From Candidatus Bathyarchaeota archaeon (GTDB taxonomy: Archaea; Thermoproteota; Bathyarchaeia; Bathyarchaeales; Bathycorpusculaceae), in the NCBI GenBank assembly GCA_963770935.1, contig CAVYRJ010000004.1, positions 1 to 64,000 of the forward strand: 64,000 nucleotides of DNA, in the 5' to 3' direction. Under the pieces are notes generated by a model that did no database searches, had not been told where the DNA came from, and saw only the letters and a program-made list of their open reading frames with translations. Below are positions 30,553-40,747 of this stretch, piece after piece. The position numbers and the translations under genes were made by a program. How positions within the stretch are numbered: the stretch's first letter is position 1; the number at the start of each line of letters is the position of its first letter.

Positions 30553-31146
30553 TTAAGTAGGTTTTGCAGTACGACGACTTCGCCACTCAGCAAAGTTGCC
30601 GGAGTACATACCCCAAGTTCTTAGTTTAGGCGACACCGCCCTAATCAACGCAGGACAAGCAATCAGAGCAAAAGGCAAGTTTAGTGCAAAGGTTCCCGGT
30701 AATAGTGGCCACGCAATTTCTGCAGTTAACAGTCCAACAAACGTGAACTGATACAAAATTGCGACAGTTCCAACAAACAGTGTTAAGGCATAGATGCAGG
30801 AGATTATGATGAGACCTTTTTTTGTGTTGGCTTCTGATGCGATTTTCGGGATAAGTAACCAATTTAAGCCAAAAATAAGGAGCGCAGTTGTAACTTCTAC
30901 CCATGCAAGATGTAAGGGCAAGTTTTCAACGTATACTCCGCCTATAAACGCTCCAATCATGCTGCCGATTAAACCGCCCCAGCCGAACCAGAGTGGAAAG
31001 ACTCCTAGTAATATTATAGGTAGATAGAGAACAGTGAAGTTTGGCACTGGAGTTGCGAATGAAAGAAAAAAGAACACGGTATACAGTGCTGCTGTCACGG
31101 CGATTATTGAGGCTCGTTTTGCGCTACTTTGTTTTGGTGTTAACAT
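30553..31146 (-). CDS. QueT/ECF-S-like membrane protein
   Basis: IAVTAALY, LGVFPLWFG.GG.IG.MIGAFIG; 5-6 TM segments. Confidence 0.55.
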   Translation of the reverse strand: MLTPKQSSAKRASIIAVTAALYTVFFFLSFATPVPNFTVLYLPIILLGVFPLWFGWGGLIGSMIGAFIGGVYVENLPLHLAWVEVTTALLIFGLNWLLIPKIASEANTKKGLIIISCIYALTLFVGTVAILYQFTFVGLLTAEIAWPLLPGTFALNLPFALIACPALIRAVSPKLRTWGMYSGNFAEWRSRRTAKPT

Positions 31147-31215
31147 TTGAGAGTTACAATCCTTCAGTTGTTATTTGAGGCTTCAAAGCGGGTATTCAAT
31201 AAAAGCATTTTCATA

Positions 31216-31235
31216 TGTATTACATTTGTAATACA
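31216..31235. promoter_or_regulatory. 9-2-9 perfect palindrome between divergent genes (probable operator)
   Basis: TGTATTACA-TT-TGTAATACA. Confidence 0.55.
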
Positions 31236-31323
31236 ACTGTCACTAACTACTTCTCAACAACCAAGTATAAAAGTTGCTAACACAGTCAAATAAAACCATA
31301 AACACGCTAATCACTGAGAAAAA

Positions 31324-32256
31324 ATGACTAAACCAAGTCCAACCAAGACTATTTTCCTTATCGGAATCGTCATATTAATCATCTTAAACCTCTACACCTT
31401 CATAGTTGCATATCCAGAAACATACACGCCAAGCCCAGGCATCACTACTTCGGGCAGCATACTGGCAAAAGACTTCTCAGCCTACTACATTAGCGCTTGG
31501 AGACTCTGGCACAACCCAGGGCAGATTTACCATTTCGGTGCTTTAGGCGGCGCAGAACCAGTCATTTCGCCATATCCTCAAGCCTACAAGTACCTGCCCT
31601 CTTTTCTGCTAATTGTCTCACCCCTGCTCACGTTGGATTATCAGCAAGCGCTGCTTGCTTTTAATGTAGTCCAGTTTTTGCTTCTTCCCGCAATAGCCTA
31701 TATCCTCTATGTGCTCTTAGGAAGCAAGAATCTTGCCGTCACTTTTGCCGTGATGACAATCGCTTTGCTGCTGCCATTCCCAACAGTGAATTGGGGCATG
31801 TCTCCTAGTTACTATTGGCAATGGGGCGAAGGACAAGCTAAAGTTTTCGTCACGTTCCTGCTTCTGGTCAGCTTTTACTTTGCCAGCAAAAACAGACCTA
31901 TCCTGTCAGGAATTGCTTTTGCTGCAGGGTTTTTTGACGTTAGATTCGGATTGCTGGCTATTCCGCTATACATCATGTATAACCGCAAAAACCTTAAAGT
32001 GGCAATAATAAGCGCCATTAGCGCGTTAACATTATCAAACCTGATGCTGCTTTACCCGGGCATGGGTCTGGGGTTTGTAAGCATGGTTTTTGGTTCGGGC
32101 ATAACAACGCCAATGTACTATTACGCCTTTGTGCCTTTCTTGACTTTGATGGCGCTAATCATTATTAATTTCAAAGAATTAGTTGCAGCATTCGACTACA
32201 AAGGAATCTTTGCAGACTTCACAGATGTATCGAAACGGCAAGATAAGAAGCCATGA
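31324..32256 (+). CDS. GT-C fold (GT87-like) membrane glycosyltransferase
   Basis: KDFSAYY, YKYLPSFLL...PL, WGEGQ; multiple TMs. Confidence 0.7.
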   Translation: MTKPSPTKTIFLIGIVILIILNLYTFIVAYPETYTPSPGITTSGSILAKDFSAYYISAWRLWHNPGQIYHFGALGGAEPVISPYPQAYKYLPSFLLIVSPLLTLDYQQALLAFNVVQFLLLPAIAYILYVLLGSKNLAVTFAVMTIALLLPFPTVNWGMSPSYYWQWGEGQAKVFVTFLLLVSFYFASKNRPILSGIAFAAGFFDVRFGLLAIPLYIMYNRKNLKVAIISAISALTLSNLMLLYPGMGLGFVSMVFGSGITTPMYYYAFVPFLTLMALIIINFKELVAAFDYKGIFADFTDVSKRQDKKP

Positions 32257-32368
32257 AGCAAACGGTTGCTTTCCAATAAAAACGAATATTCAAAGGCGTT
32301 TACTGATTAGATTTATTTTTCTCAATAACTATAGATATTAGCTTGGTAGGTCATTTCATTACACGTGG

Positions 32369-32794
32369 GTGTTCCATATGAAGTTCAAGTTACAGATATT
32401 TACTCAAGATAACATTGAAGGCAATTGTGTGGGCAGGCACTACCGCTTTGCAGTTGTGGATTCAGACAAGTCAAAGAGTTATCCATCGAATTTTATCTGC
32501 ATGTTGCCTTCTCAAATAAGTGTTGATCAAAAAAAGAACAATGTCTTTTCAAAGATGTTTGGCGACCAATGTGAAGAGCAAGCAAAAACTCTGCTAACAC
32601 ATGCTTTAGTGAATGAGAACGATTTGGATGTTAAAAACGAGATCGAAAGAAGACTCAAACTGCTTGACCCTAAAACAGTTAACCAAATAAAGTGCAGTTC
32701 ATGCGGAAAACTCTTTCAGCCTCGGCGAATAAAAAGGTTCAAGCGGAACTACTGTCAGGACTGCATGAACAAAAGCTACGGCAACCGCGGGTAA
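32369..32794 (+). CDS. Hypothetical protein with C-terminal C4 zinc ribbon
   Basis: CSSCGKLF...YCQDC. Confidence 0.7.
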   Translation: MFHMKFKLQIFTQDNIEGNCVGRHYRFAVVDSDKSKSYPSNFICMLPSQISVDQKKNNVFSKMFGDQCEEQAKTLLTHALVNENDLDVKNEIERRLKLLDPKTVNQIKCSSCGKLFQPRRIKRFKRNYCQDCMNKSYGNRG

Positions 32795-33084
32795 AAATAA
32801 GGATAAATGGTGAGTCCGTTCCTACTTCGCGATTAAAAAAACCCCGATTGAGAGGCTTTCCAACCGCTTCACAGGCTCTCCTCACCAACCAACTAAGCAT
32901 TTACACGCCTGATTTAAAGCTTGGTAAACTTCAAAGCAAACCCCAAAAAGGTTTCTTAAACCAATAAAGGAAGAAAAGCCTTTGGGACATTAAACCTGAA
33001 ATTTCCAGCTAACTACAACACCTTTTTGACCCATCGGTAAATAAGGTGAAAAATGCACCGTTTTGTTCTGAAGATTATATGGTC

Positions 33085-33759
33085 TTAGGCACTAATTTTC
33101 GTTTTACTTTGAACGCTCGAAGCAGCTGCCGAAGCCGAAATACTTGATTTATCGCTGGCTCCCTGAAGACTAGCCTGCCCAGTTTGCAGCTTGTAGGCAT
33201 CAACCAAGGTTACTCGCACATTCTCATGACTTAAACAGACATCGCGGGCTCCCGGATTGTTACCAATCTCTGCGACACCAAGCACTCTCAAACACAAGCT
33301 AACGGTTGCCCTCGTCGGGTTCAAGGTTACATCAAAGGACTTTTCTTCGACACTCATGCTGACAAAACGTACAGCCACTGATCGTTTTGCTCCCCATTTG
33401 AATACTACGATAGGCATGGACGTTTTTCCAGCGGCAATCTGTGGCTTCATCATTAACTCCAGTATTGCTAAAGCTGGGTGGAGGCCGAGGTTTGCTGAAC
33501 TCTGATTTTGAGAGGATGCATCAATTTCTATACTGTCTAGATCTAATGTTAGGTAGAATAGTTCTGTTGGGGTGTCTTGTAGGTTTGCGGACGGGTTTGC
33601 TCCTATTGCAGAAGCTGCAGCTTGATTGAAGGTGTGCAGGAGTTTCTCTGGATTGTATTGAAAAGCAAAAAAAATATTTTTTGGAGAGATAGATGCACCT
33701 TTAGCGTTTGGCGCAAGCAGGATTAGGGTTCCTCTGTTCATGTTAGGTTGGCTGGGCAA
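33085..33759 (-). CDS. Contractile injection system tube/initiator-like protein (CIS_tube, Afp7/Pvc7-like)
   Basis: FQYNPEKL.H, L.LDLD, GLHPALA.LE, PIVVFKWG..R...V....SVEEK.FD..LNPTRATVSL.L.VL. Confidence 0.8.
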   Translation of the reverse strand: MPSQPNMNRGTLILLAPNAKGASISPKNIFFAFQYNPEKLLHTFNQAAASAIGANPSANLQDTPTELFYLTLDLDSIEIDASSQNQSSANLGLHPALAILELMMKPQIAAGKTSMPIVVFKWGAKRSVAVRFVSMSVEEKSFDVTLNPTRATVSLCLRVLGVAEIGNNPGARDVCLSHENVRVTLVDAYKLQTGQASLQGASDKSSISASAAASSVQSKTKISA

Positions 33760-33781
33760 ATACTGGACCTACCTATACGTT

Positions 33782-34279
33782 TTATGATTCTTGGGGTTCA
33801 GCTACTGCGGTATCTCTTTCCCAACCCTCATTCTCAATGGTTATACTTTGAATGGCAACTGCGTTTTGCCCCGCATCCAAATCAGGTAGAGCAACGTACT
33901 CTGAGACCCAGCATCGATAAACCCTGTAAACTAACACTATAACTCCCGCCTCGTTAAGTAATTCTATGATTATGTCTTTTCGGAAGTTTTTAAGAGACAT
34001 CGAACCGCTTCCTTTGTTAAAAACCAAATTCGCCCAAGTCTCAAACTCAAGATCATGTGTCACGCCTCGCTCCAAAACAATAGGCGCATAATGGGTTTTT
34101 CCCGGAGATTTCCGTTCAACGCTGGCGTCGCCTCCCTCTCTATATGTGATGACGTCTGTAGTTCGTTTCAGCGGACTCATCTTGGAGACACCCGCAACGA
34201 CTTTACCATCCCACTTGACTCTGAACTTAAATTTCTTGTATGGATCAACTCGACCTGGATTAACTGTAAACTGTGGCAT
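33782..34279 (-). CDS. T4 gp19-like phage tail tube protein (eCIS Afp1/5-like)
   Basis: DPYKKFKFRVKWDG..VAGVSK...LKRTT.VI.YREGG...RKSPG.T.Y..I.LERGVT.D..FE.W, FRKDIIIELLNEAG, CWVSEY.ALPDLDA..NAVAIQ.I..ENEGWERD. Confidence 0.93.
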   Translation of the reverse strand: MPQFTVNPGRVDPYKKFKFRVKWDGKVVAGVSKMSPLKRTTDVITYREGGDASVERKSPGKTHYAPIVLERGVTHDLEFETWANLVFNKGSGSMSLKNFRKDIIIELLNEAGVIVLVYRVYRCWVSEYVALPDLDAGQNAVAIQSITIENEGWERDTAVAEPQES

Positions 34280-34433
34280 AATCTTTTCACTGCTTCTCAT
34301 CTTTCGCAAATAGGCATATTACGTTTGTGGTTTGACCCATGGCCAATTATTGCGACTTCAAAAAAAACTTCCCGCGAGAGGATTTAAGGGTAATTAGGCA
34401 CAAACTAAATACTTCATAACGCTACGTTTCTCT

Positions 34434-35294
34434 ATGGGATATCAGCCTAGGAAGTTGCCTAAAAGCGGGATTCACGAATACAAAAAGCCTCTTCGTGAAA
34501 AAGGTAAAAATAGAAAACATATTCGTAAACGTGGGGAACTAAGACTAGAAGAGAATCATATTGCTACTGAAAGAGAGATTTCAGAAGCAACCCTTAAGCG
34601 ACTGCATACTTTGGGTATCCAGAAGTTTGGTTCTTCCCCATTTAGCGAACATTTCGACCGTTGGTTACAAAATGTGGCGGCTGTTTTGGACGAGTTTAAA
34701 TCAAACCCTAATTTAGGCGTCGATGACCAATTCGTGAAAGAGTGTTCACAGGTGCTTTCTATCATTAAACATCAACTTGAAGTTATATGTCGAAAGGAAG
34801 CCACGCTTAACCGAGAACTAAGTAATTTGTCGGATTGGAAAAGTCGCCTTAAACAAATCAACAAGGAATACTCAACTTTAGCAGGGGCAATTAAGAGTCA
34901 AAGAAATCGCGAAATCAAACATCTCCAAAGCGGCATAAACCGTCTGAACAGGGACCAGGACGAGATAATTCGTATGAAAACCGGATTTTTCCGCGGAGTT
35001 TCCAAGAAGAAGAGAGAGCAGAAAGAAATAGCAGTAGTGAAGGAATTAAATGATAGGCAGACTGAACTTGAATTGGTTCTGTTAAATTTTAGTGTCAAGC
35101 ATAAGGAACTGCGAGCTGAATATGAACGAAGAAGGGAGCCAGTAATGGGGGAAATAAAGAAATTCCGCAGAATAATTCAGAACTTGGAAACAGATGATTC
35201 CTTGGAGCAGCGTTGGTTTGCTTGTGAAGCTCTCATAGATGCAGTGAACACTTTTCTACAAAGAAAAGCTGACCCAGCTGCGTCAACTCGTTAA
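34434..35294 (+). CDS. Long coiled-coil hypothetical protein
   Basis: Intact 286-aa ORF, K/E/R-rich heptad pattern. Confidence 0.7.
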   Translation: MGYQPRKLPKSGIHEYKKPLREKGKNRKHIRKRGELRLEENHIATEREISEATLKRLHTLGIQKFGSSPFSEHFDRWLQNVAAVLDEFKSNPNLGVDDQFVKECSQVLSIIKHQLEVICRKEATLNRELSNLSDWKSRLKQINKEYSTLAGAIKSQRNREIKHLQSGINRLNRDQDEIIRMKTGFFRGVSKKKREQKEIAVVKELNDRQTELELVLLNFSVKHKELRAEYERRREPVMGEIKKFRRIIQNLETDDSLEQRWFACEALIDAVNTFLQRKADPAASTR

Positions 35295-35456
35295 AAACTG
35301 ATGCAAAAATGAGGTGAGTTGGGGTTTGAACTCCTTCCCAAGAGACATCATCCGCAAATTCCTTTATTGTTATTTATATTCCTAAAGCTGGTCTATTTGT
35401 TCCGTATTGAATTTGGGTAGCTTTTAATAGACAGAAGAACGCCTTATAGAAATAGG

Positions 35457-35798
35457 GTGGACGACTTGCTTTTTAAACATAAGAGCGTCGTGAAAGTGGA
35501 CATGGCGGATTTAGACGGCGAGAAAGAGGGCCTCGCAAATTTCTTGCTTAGCAAATTCAAATTAAATTCATCCGTAACTCCTAAAGGCTTGGATTTAAAT
35601 ATGGAAGATGTTCCGACTTACCAATTGGCAATAATTGTAAAGAAGTTTATTTATCACAAGAATCTAAACAGCACACATTGGGTTACCGCAGAAAATAACG
35701 TAGTCAAAATCAACAGATTCAAAGGCAACACCCAGAAAAAAGAAAAAAACAAGAAAAGCAATCCCCATCAAAACATTACACAAAGCTGGGGACTTTAA
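35457..35798 (+). CDS. Ribosomal protein eL22 (L22e)-like protein
   Basis: VKVD...LANFL..K; QLAIIVKKFIYHKNL...HWV resembles eL22 [20 protein letters not shown]. Confidence 0.55.
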   Translation: MDDLLFKHKSVVKVDMADLDGEKEGLANFLLSKFKLNSSVTPKGLDLNMEDVPTYQLAIIVKKFIYHKNLNSTHWVTAENNVVKINRFKGNTQKKEKNKKSNPHQNITQSWGL

Positions 35799-36048
35799 AA
35801 TTACATTTCTCCATATATTGGCTATGAAGTAATGAACCTGCGGTGTAGTGCCTGTTGTAGACTTGAATCTACACTCCATTGGAGACCTCACCTGGATTTC
35901 CATCTTTGATTGAAAGCAGGTTTTCCATTTTGATCATTAGTTTGTTTAATACACTAGAAAAGAGAGAGTGCACGATTTACTTCTATTTTCCGATAACCTC
36001 ATAAGCAGTGTGAATTCAAAGAGGATTTGCTAAAAAGAGGCTGGGAAG

Positions 36049-36558
36049 ATGGGTAGTTCATTTCAGGAATTAATGAATGAGTATAGAAAACAGCTGGATA
36101 AGGGACAAATTCAAAAGGCATACCACGGATTAATGGATTATATTTTGTGGTTGAGGTCGCATCTTGAAAACCAGTATCCTGAATATACGGTGTCGGGGAG
36201 TGTATATTTTGGATACATGGATATGACGTATTTTTCCTTTTTTCCCGAATCATTGAAACTTCGAGGATTAAAAGTTGGGGTTGTTTTTATTCATGGCACA
36301 TTTAGATTTGAAGTCTGGCTGTTCGGATATAACAAAGGTGTTCAAGCAAAGTATTGGAAGATGTTTAAAGAAAGTGGCTGGAACAAGTACAAGATTCCAT
36401 CAACGACAAAAGGTGTTGATTCTATTATTGAGGGCGTTTTGGCTGAAAACCCAGACTTCAGTGATTTGGATACCTTAACCGAGAAAATAGAGAAAGGGAC
36501 ATTGAGGTTTATTGATGATGTCGAGAACTTCTTATCCGAAAATCGCGAACGGGGATAA
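36049..36558 (+). CDS. Conserved hypothetical protein (bacterial-like)
   Basis: IQKAY.GLM.YI..LR, Y.GYMDMTYFSF.P..LK...LK...VF.H...RFEVWL.G.NK. Confidence 0.75.
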   Translation: MGSSFQELMNEYRKQLDKGQIQKAYHGLMDYILWLRSHLENQYPEYTVSGSVYFGYMDMTYFSFFPESLKLRGLKVGVVFIHGTFRFEVWLFGYNKGVQAKYWKMFKESGWNKYKIPSTTKGVDSIIEGVLAENPDFSDLDTLTEKIEKGTLRFIDDVENFLSENRERG

Positions 36559-36869
36559 TAAATGGAAGAAGCAATCAAGACACTGTTGGACTCAGGCAAT
36601 GAGGCAATAATAGTATTCACAAAACGTAACTTGCTTGGAGAAAAAGTGGACATAGAAGAATTATGACCCCTGGCAATTGGAGCCTGAATAGATTCTCGTT
36701 TGAAGCAATGGGTGAGACTGATAGTTCAACGATGCTTGAAGATGAATAGGGACAACCAAATTATTACAAAATTTAAATGTTTATATCAATAGATCGCCAT
36801 CAAAAGTTCTGTTGAAAGCTTACACCACTTGCAGGTGTTGAATTTGGAAAAAACCTCTTTAAAGTTGAG

Positions 36870-38157
36870 TTGGATATGATGAAACATAAATTGCTCATAA
36901 TCATTCTCATGACTATTCTTCTTGCATCATCTTACGTTGCTTTTACTGAGCCACTTCAAGCTAGTTCCACTGATGACTGGCCAATGTTCCACCACGATTT
37001 AACTCACTCAGGTTATTCAGCCACCACAGCTGCAGCAACTTCCGCCACTTTGCTATGGAACTTTACAACTGGAAGCGTGATTTGGGCTTCTCCGGCAATC
37101 GTTGATGGTCGGGTCTACATACCTTCTGATGACGGAAACGTCTATTGTCTTGACGCGTTGACTGGCAACAAAATATGGAACTACACAACCTCCACACTAC
37201 GTCGCGAAAGAGGTATAGGTTCTTCTGTTGCCTTTGCTGACGGCTACATCTATTTTGGAGGTTATGACCGTAATGTTTATTGTTTGAGTGCCTCAACTGG
37301 CAACAAAATATGGAATTATACAACTGGAAATACCGTGGAATCTTGCCCTGCAGTTAACGGTGGCTACGTTTATGTGGGATCCTGGGACGGTAACATTTAT
37401 TGTTTTGATGCATTGACTGGGAACAAAATATGGAATTATTCAGTAGGCGGTCTTGTGGAGTCTTCTCCGGCGGTTGTGGACGGACATGTTTATGTGGGAT
37501 CAACAAACAGTAATGTTTACTGTCTTAGATGCTTTGACAGGCGAGATCATATGGAATTTCACGACTGGCAACATAGTTCAATCTTCTCCCGCAGTCGTCA
37601 ACAACCGTGTTTACATAGGGTCTGAAGACAATAATGTCTATTGCCTCGACGCTTCTAACGGTGGGTTAGTTTGGAACTACACAACTCAAGGTTGGGTTGA
37701 CTCTTCACCCGCGGTTGCTAACGGATACGTCTACGTGGGGTCTTTAGTTTTAGACGCGAACCAAACGTATAAAGCCTCGGACATTTACTGTCTCGACGCG
37801 TCAACTGGAGAGAAAATTTGGAATTTCACTGCAAACGGAGGAGTTAATTCTTCTCCTGCCATTGCAGGGGGGTTCGTGTATGTGGGTGATTGGAATAATA
37901 ATGTTTATTGCCTTAATGCCTCAACAGGAAGCGAGATATGGTCCTACCTAACTAAAAGTCATGTTAATTCGTCTCCAGCTGTTGCGAACGGAATTGTTTA
38001 CGTGGGTTCATGGGACCATAACGTGTACGCTTTTGGTATTCCTTCGAATACAAGCGCAATTTCCAAACCCATAGAAACTATTTACCTATTAGCTATCTTA
38101 ATCGTTGCAGTTTTGATCGTTGCTGCAATAATTGTACTTAAACGAATAAAACAGTAA
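36870..38157 (+). CDS. PQQ-like/BamB-type beta-propeller repeat surface protein (frameshift near 37525)
   Basis: Signal peptide, DWPMFHHD, about 8 repeats of SSPAV..G.VYVGS.D.NVYCL.A.TG..IWN.T, C-terminal TM anchor. Confidence 0.9.
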
Positions 38158-38183
38158 ACAAAGGTCTTCAAAAGATTAATTAG

Positions 38184-38408
38184 TTGATAGTTGCCAAAAA
38201 AAACCAAATACTTGACTTTAACTCTGCTTTATTTTTGGGAACCTTGTTGGACCACCCTTCTTGTGAGAAACAAAGTTGCATAAATTGGAAACAGGGGCAC
38301 TGTTCCCTTACCAACCCAGAAAAGGTCTGCGATTTCTGCTTTGACTTCGAAGATGCGGCGGATTTTCTCAGATTAAAAGCAGATGGAATAAAAGGAACGC
38401 TTAGCTAA
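38184..38408 (+). CDS. Small Cys-rich hypothetical protein
   Basis: CEKQSCINW..GHC.L..PE...DFCFDFE. Confidence 0.45.
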   Translation: MIVAKKNQILDFNSALFLGTLLDHPSCEKQSCINWKQGHCSLTNPEKVCDFCFDFEDAADFLRLKADGIKGTLS

Positions 38409-38488
38409 ACAAAACATTGTGCTGGGTCAAATGCTCTTTATTTTTATCAAAAGTCTAATAAGCACTTTCAGGTGAAAGAAAGACTAAA

Positions 38489-39064
38489 GTGAAAATCATG
38501 GCTCATAGTTGGGGAGAGGGAAAGGTAGCTGAGGGAATATTTGGAATCGTTGTTCCATCTTTTGTTGCATTTTTAATTATAGGAGTTTCAATGTTGTCTA
38601 CACCCTCACTTGTAGGTCTAAAGTATCCACTCTTAGAAGCAATTGTTATCATAGGCGTTCCGATGTTGATTGGGTTCATTTGGAATCAGTGGGCTGGAGG
38701 AGCGTCTGGTTTTCTCTTGGGCAGTCTTTATGCTCTCTTTTACTCGGATCAACTATACGCTGCTCAAGGCTCAGCTGACATTAGTTTGTTAAGTAATCTG
38801 GTAAGTGCCATGTTGATAGGGTATATTGCAGGTGCGGTGGGGAAACGTTCTACCAACGTTCGTCGATTAATGTTTGCAGGGGTGACATCCGGACTTATGG
38901 GATCTGTGCTGATTATCGTGGTTAGCCAGTTTTCACCTATCATAGGCACAAGTGCATATGGTACCTTGCTTATTTTCCTCCCGAGAATACTTGCTGGGTT
39001 TATAGTTCCGTTCATAGCAAGATCTTTCTTGCAGCATGGGGCTAATCATAGCAAGCCACAATAA
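38489..39064 (+). CDS. Hypothetical membrane protein (ECF-S-like topology)
   Basis: About 6 hydrophobic segments; GGASGFLLG. Confidence 0.65.
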   Translation: MKIMAHSWGEGKVAEGIFGIVVPSFVAFLIIGVSMLSTPSLVGLKYPLLEAIVIIGVPMLIGFIWNQWAGGASGFLLGSLYALFYSDQLYAAQGSADISLLSNLVSAMLIGYIAGAVGKRSTNVRRLMFAGVTSGLMGSVLIIVVSQFSPIIGTSAYGTLLIFLPRILAGFIVPFIARSFLQHGANHSKPQ

Positions 39065-39141
39065 ACTGGAACGAATTTAGGTATGGACACTTAGATTAGT
39101 GCCCGCGCTTAAAACAGAGGACACATAGAGAGTGAAATATA

Positions 39142-39426
39142 CTACTTAAATTCCGTCTTTAGCTTGTCGATTACTTTTTGGGTTTCCTCTTCTGATGGAT
39201 GTGTGATTGCGCCGACTGAGCAGATGTCTTCGCAGCCTCTACAGAATACGATACAAGAATTTGGGTTTACTATTGTTTTCTTTTTACTGTTTTTTTCTTC
39301 AAGTCTAAAGGACTTTGTGTGGCAGAAGTCGACGCATTTGCCACAGGTAATGCATTTATCGTAGTCTATCTTTGGATCCCAAGGAATTTTGTTACGAGTA
39401 ATTCCTTCATATGTTTCTTCAGCCAT
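39142..39426 (-). CDS. 4Fe-4S ferredoxin family protein
   Basis: IPWDPKIDYDKCITCGKCVDFC; CIVFCRGCEDIC..GAI. Confidence 0.9.
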   Translation of the reverse strand: MAEETYEGITRNKIPWDPKIDYDKCITCGKCVDFCHTKSFRLEEKNSKKKTIVNPNSCIVFCRGCEDICSVGAITHPSEEETQKVIDKLKTEFK

Positions 39427-39459
39427 TTATGTGACTTTCCTTTGGTTAAAATCGATCAC

Positions 39460-39481
39460 TAACAATATTTAAATATTGTTA
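39460..39481. promoter_or_regulatory. 22-bp perfect palindrome overlapping TATA box (probable ArsR-type operator)
   Basis: TAACAATATTT-AAATATTGTTA upstream of ferredoxin; related AATATTTAAATATT at 40139-40152. Confidence 0.6.
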
Positions 39482-39647
39482 TTAACTTGTCATTAATGCG
39501 ATATGTTGAGACAAATGGAAAACAAACTCTTGTGTCAAAAATTGCAAGATATCTTAGGCTAAATTCGCTGCCAGAGCTGATGTTGGATACCAAGGTATTT
39601 TATTTCGAGGAACGCTATGAAATTTGTTTTCTGACAAATAATCACCG

Positions 39648-39971
39648 CTAAGCTGTCCAGAATGAGTAGACTTCCAAGTCTTCGAACTGTTTTTTTAGAA
39701 AGGCCTTGACTTCATCTTCGTCTAGGTTAGGTATGCCCTTCTTGTCCTTATGAAGTGCTATTCCAGTTTCTCGTAGATTTTCACCTTTAGGGAAATCATA
39801 GAACATGTAGTAGCGCTTGTCATGTAGCATTATTAGTTTTAGAGTTGAAAGTTCTTTATTTGGCGAGAAGCCGTTCTGTTCAAGAATAAAAACGATTGAT
39901 CCTGGTTTCTTTTCATTAACAAGACTTTTGAACTCTTTCCAACTTCTAAGCCTTACGTGACCTTCACTCAT
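39648..39971 (-). CDS. Hypothetical protein
   Basis: Intact 107-aa ORF. Confidence 0.65.
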   Translation of the reverse strand: MSEGHVRLRSWKEFKSLVNEKKPGSIVFILEQNGFSPNKELSTLKLIMLHDKRYYMFYDFPKGENLRETGIALHKDKKGIPNLDEDEVKAFLKKQFEDLEVYSFWTA

Positions 39972-40173
39972 TATTTATTACCATAGTTTTTGTTTGCAAA
40001 CATGCGTTGGATGGTTAAAGCCTTATCGCTACTTTTTCTACATCTGTTATCGAGAGATATGGCAATATTTAAATTTTAATATGGATTTTACTTAAAACAA
40101 TCAGCGCATAATGCGCTTTTGATAGCCAAAAATATAGCAATATTTAAATATTTAGCTTTGAGTAAATTGAATA

Positions 40174-40497
40174 ATGGTCCTCACAAAAGATAAAGAAACC
40201 AGATTTAAAGCCAAAATATTCAGAGCCCTCTCAGACCCAATCAGGCTTAAAATACTCAATTTTCTACGCGACGGCGAAAAATGCGTATGTGAGATTATAC
40301 CTCATGTGGCAATAATACAGCCAGTAGTATCTCGTCATCTTAAAATCTTAAAAGACAGCGGAATAGTCAGAGGTAGAAAAGATGGAACTAGAAGACTTTA
40401 TTCAATTACCGACCAGCGGATTTTCCAGATTATCGACGACATAACTCCTGACCTCGTCGATAAATACACCACCAGAATACTTGAACAAATGACATAG
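40174..40497 (+). CDS. arsR: ArsR/SmtB family metalloregulator
   Basis: FRALSDPIRLKIL..L..GEKCVCEI, QP.VSRHLKILK. Confidence 0.92.
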   Translation: MVLTKDKETRFKAKIFRALSDPIRLKILNFLRDGEKCVCEIIPHVAIIQPVVSRHLKILKDSGIVRGRKDGTRRLYSITDQRIFQIIDDITPDLVDKYTTRILEQMT

Positions 40498-40747
40498 ACT
40501 CTAAAGAAGATCAAACACAAAGATGATAATGGCTTAGTTTAGTTTCTCCACATGCTAATTCACCCATTGCCTTGCCATATTTCTGTGTGTCCTCCATTGT
40601 CTTGAATGGTCCAAAAGCAAAGTCGTATTGTGGATGGCTCTCTTTTGTGGGGGAATTTCAGATTGGATATTCTCGGGTTTTGTTTTTTCTTTTAGTCCAA
40701 CAAATATTTGCAATATTTTTTCCCTTTTATCAGTTGAGCGTTCAAAT

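Noticed and set aside
33085-35294. Prophage around the tail tube gene, with the coiled-coil gene as tape measure
   Set aside because: No capsid, terminase, portal or integrase; the coiled-coil gene is divergently oriented and has no recognisable phage motif
35845-35875. CTGTTGTAGA resembling a Cas12a repeat end
   Set aside because: Single short match, no repeat-spacer structure, no cas gene
39576-39634. Possible C/D box sRNA (TGATGT...CTGA)
   Set aside because: Degenerate C box, no convincing internal boxes or terminal stem
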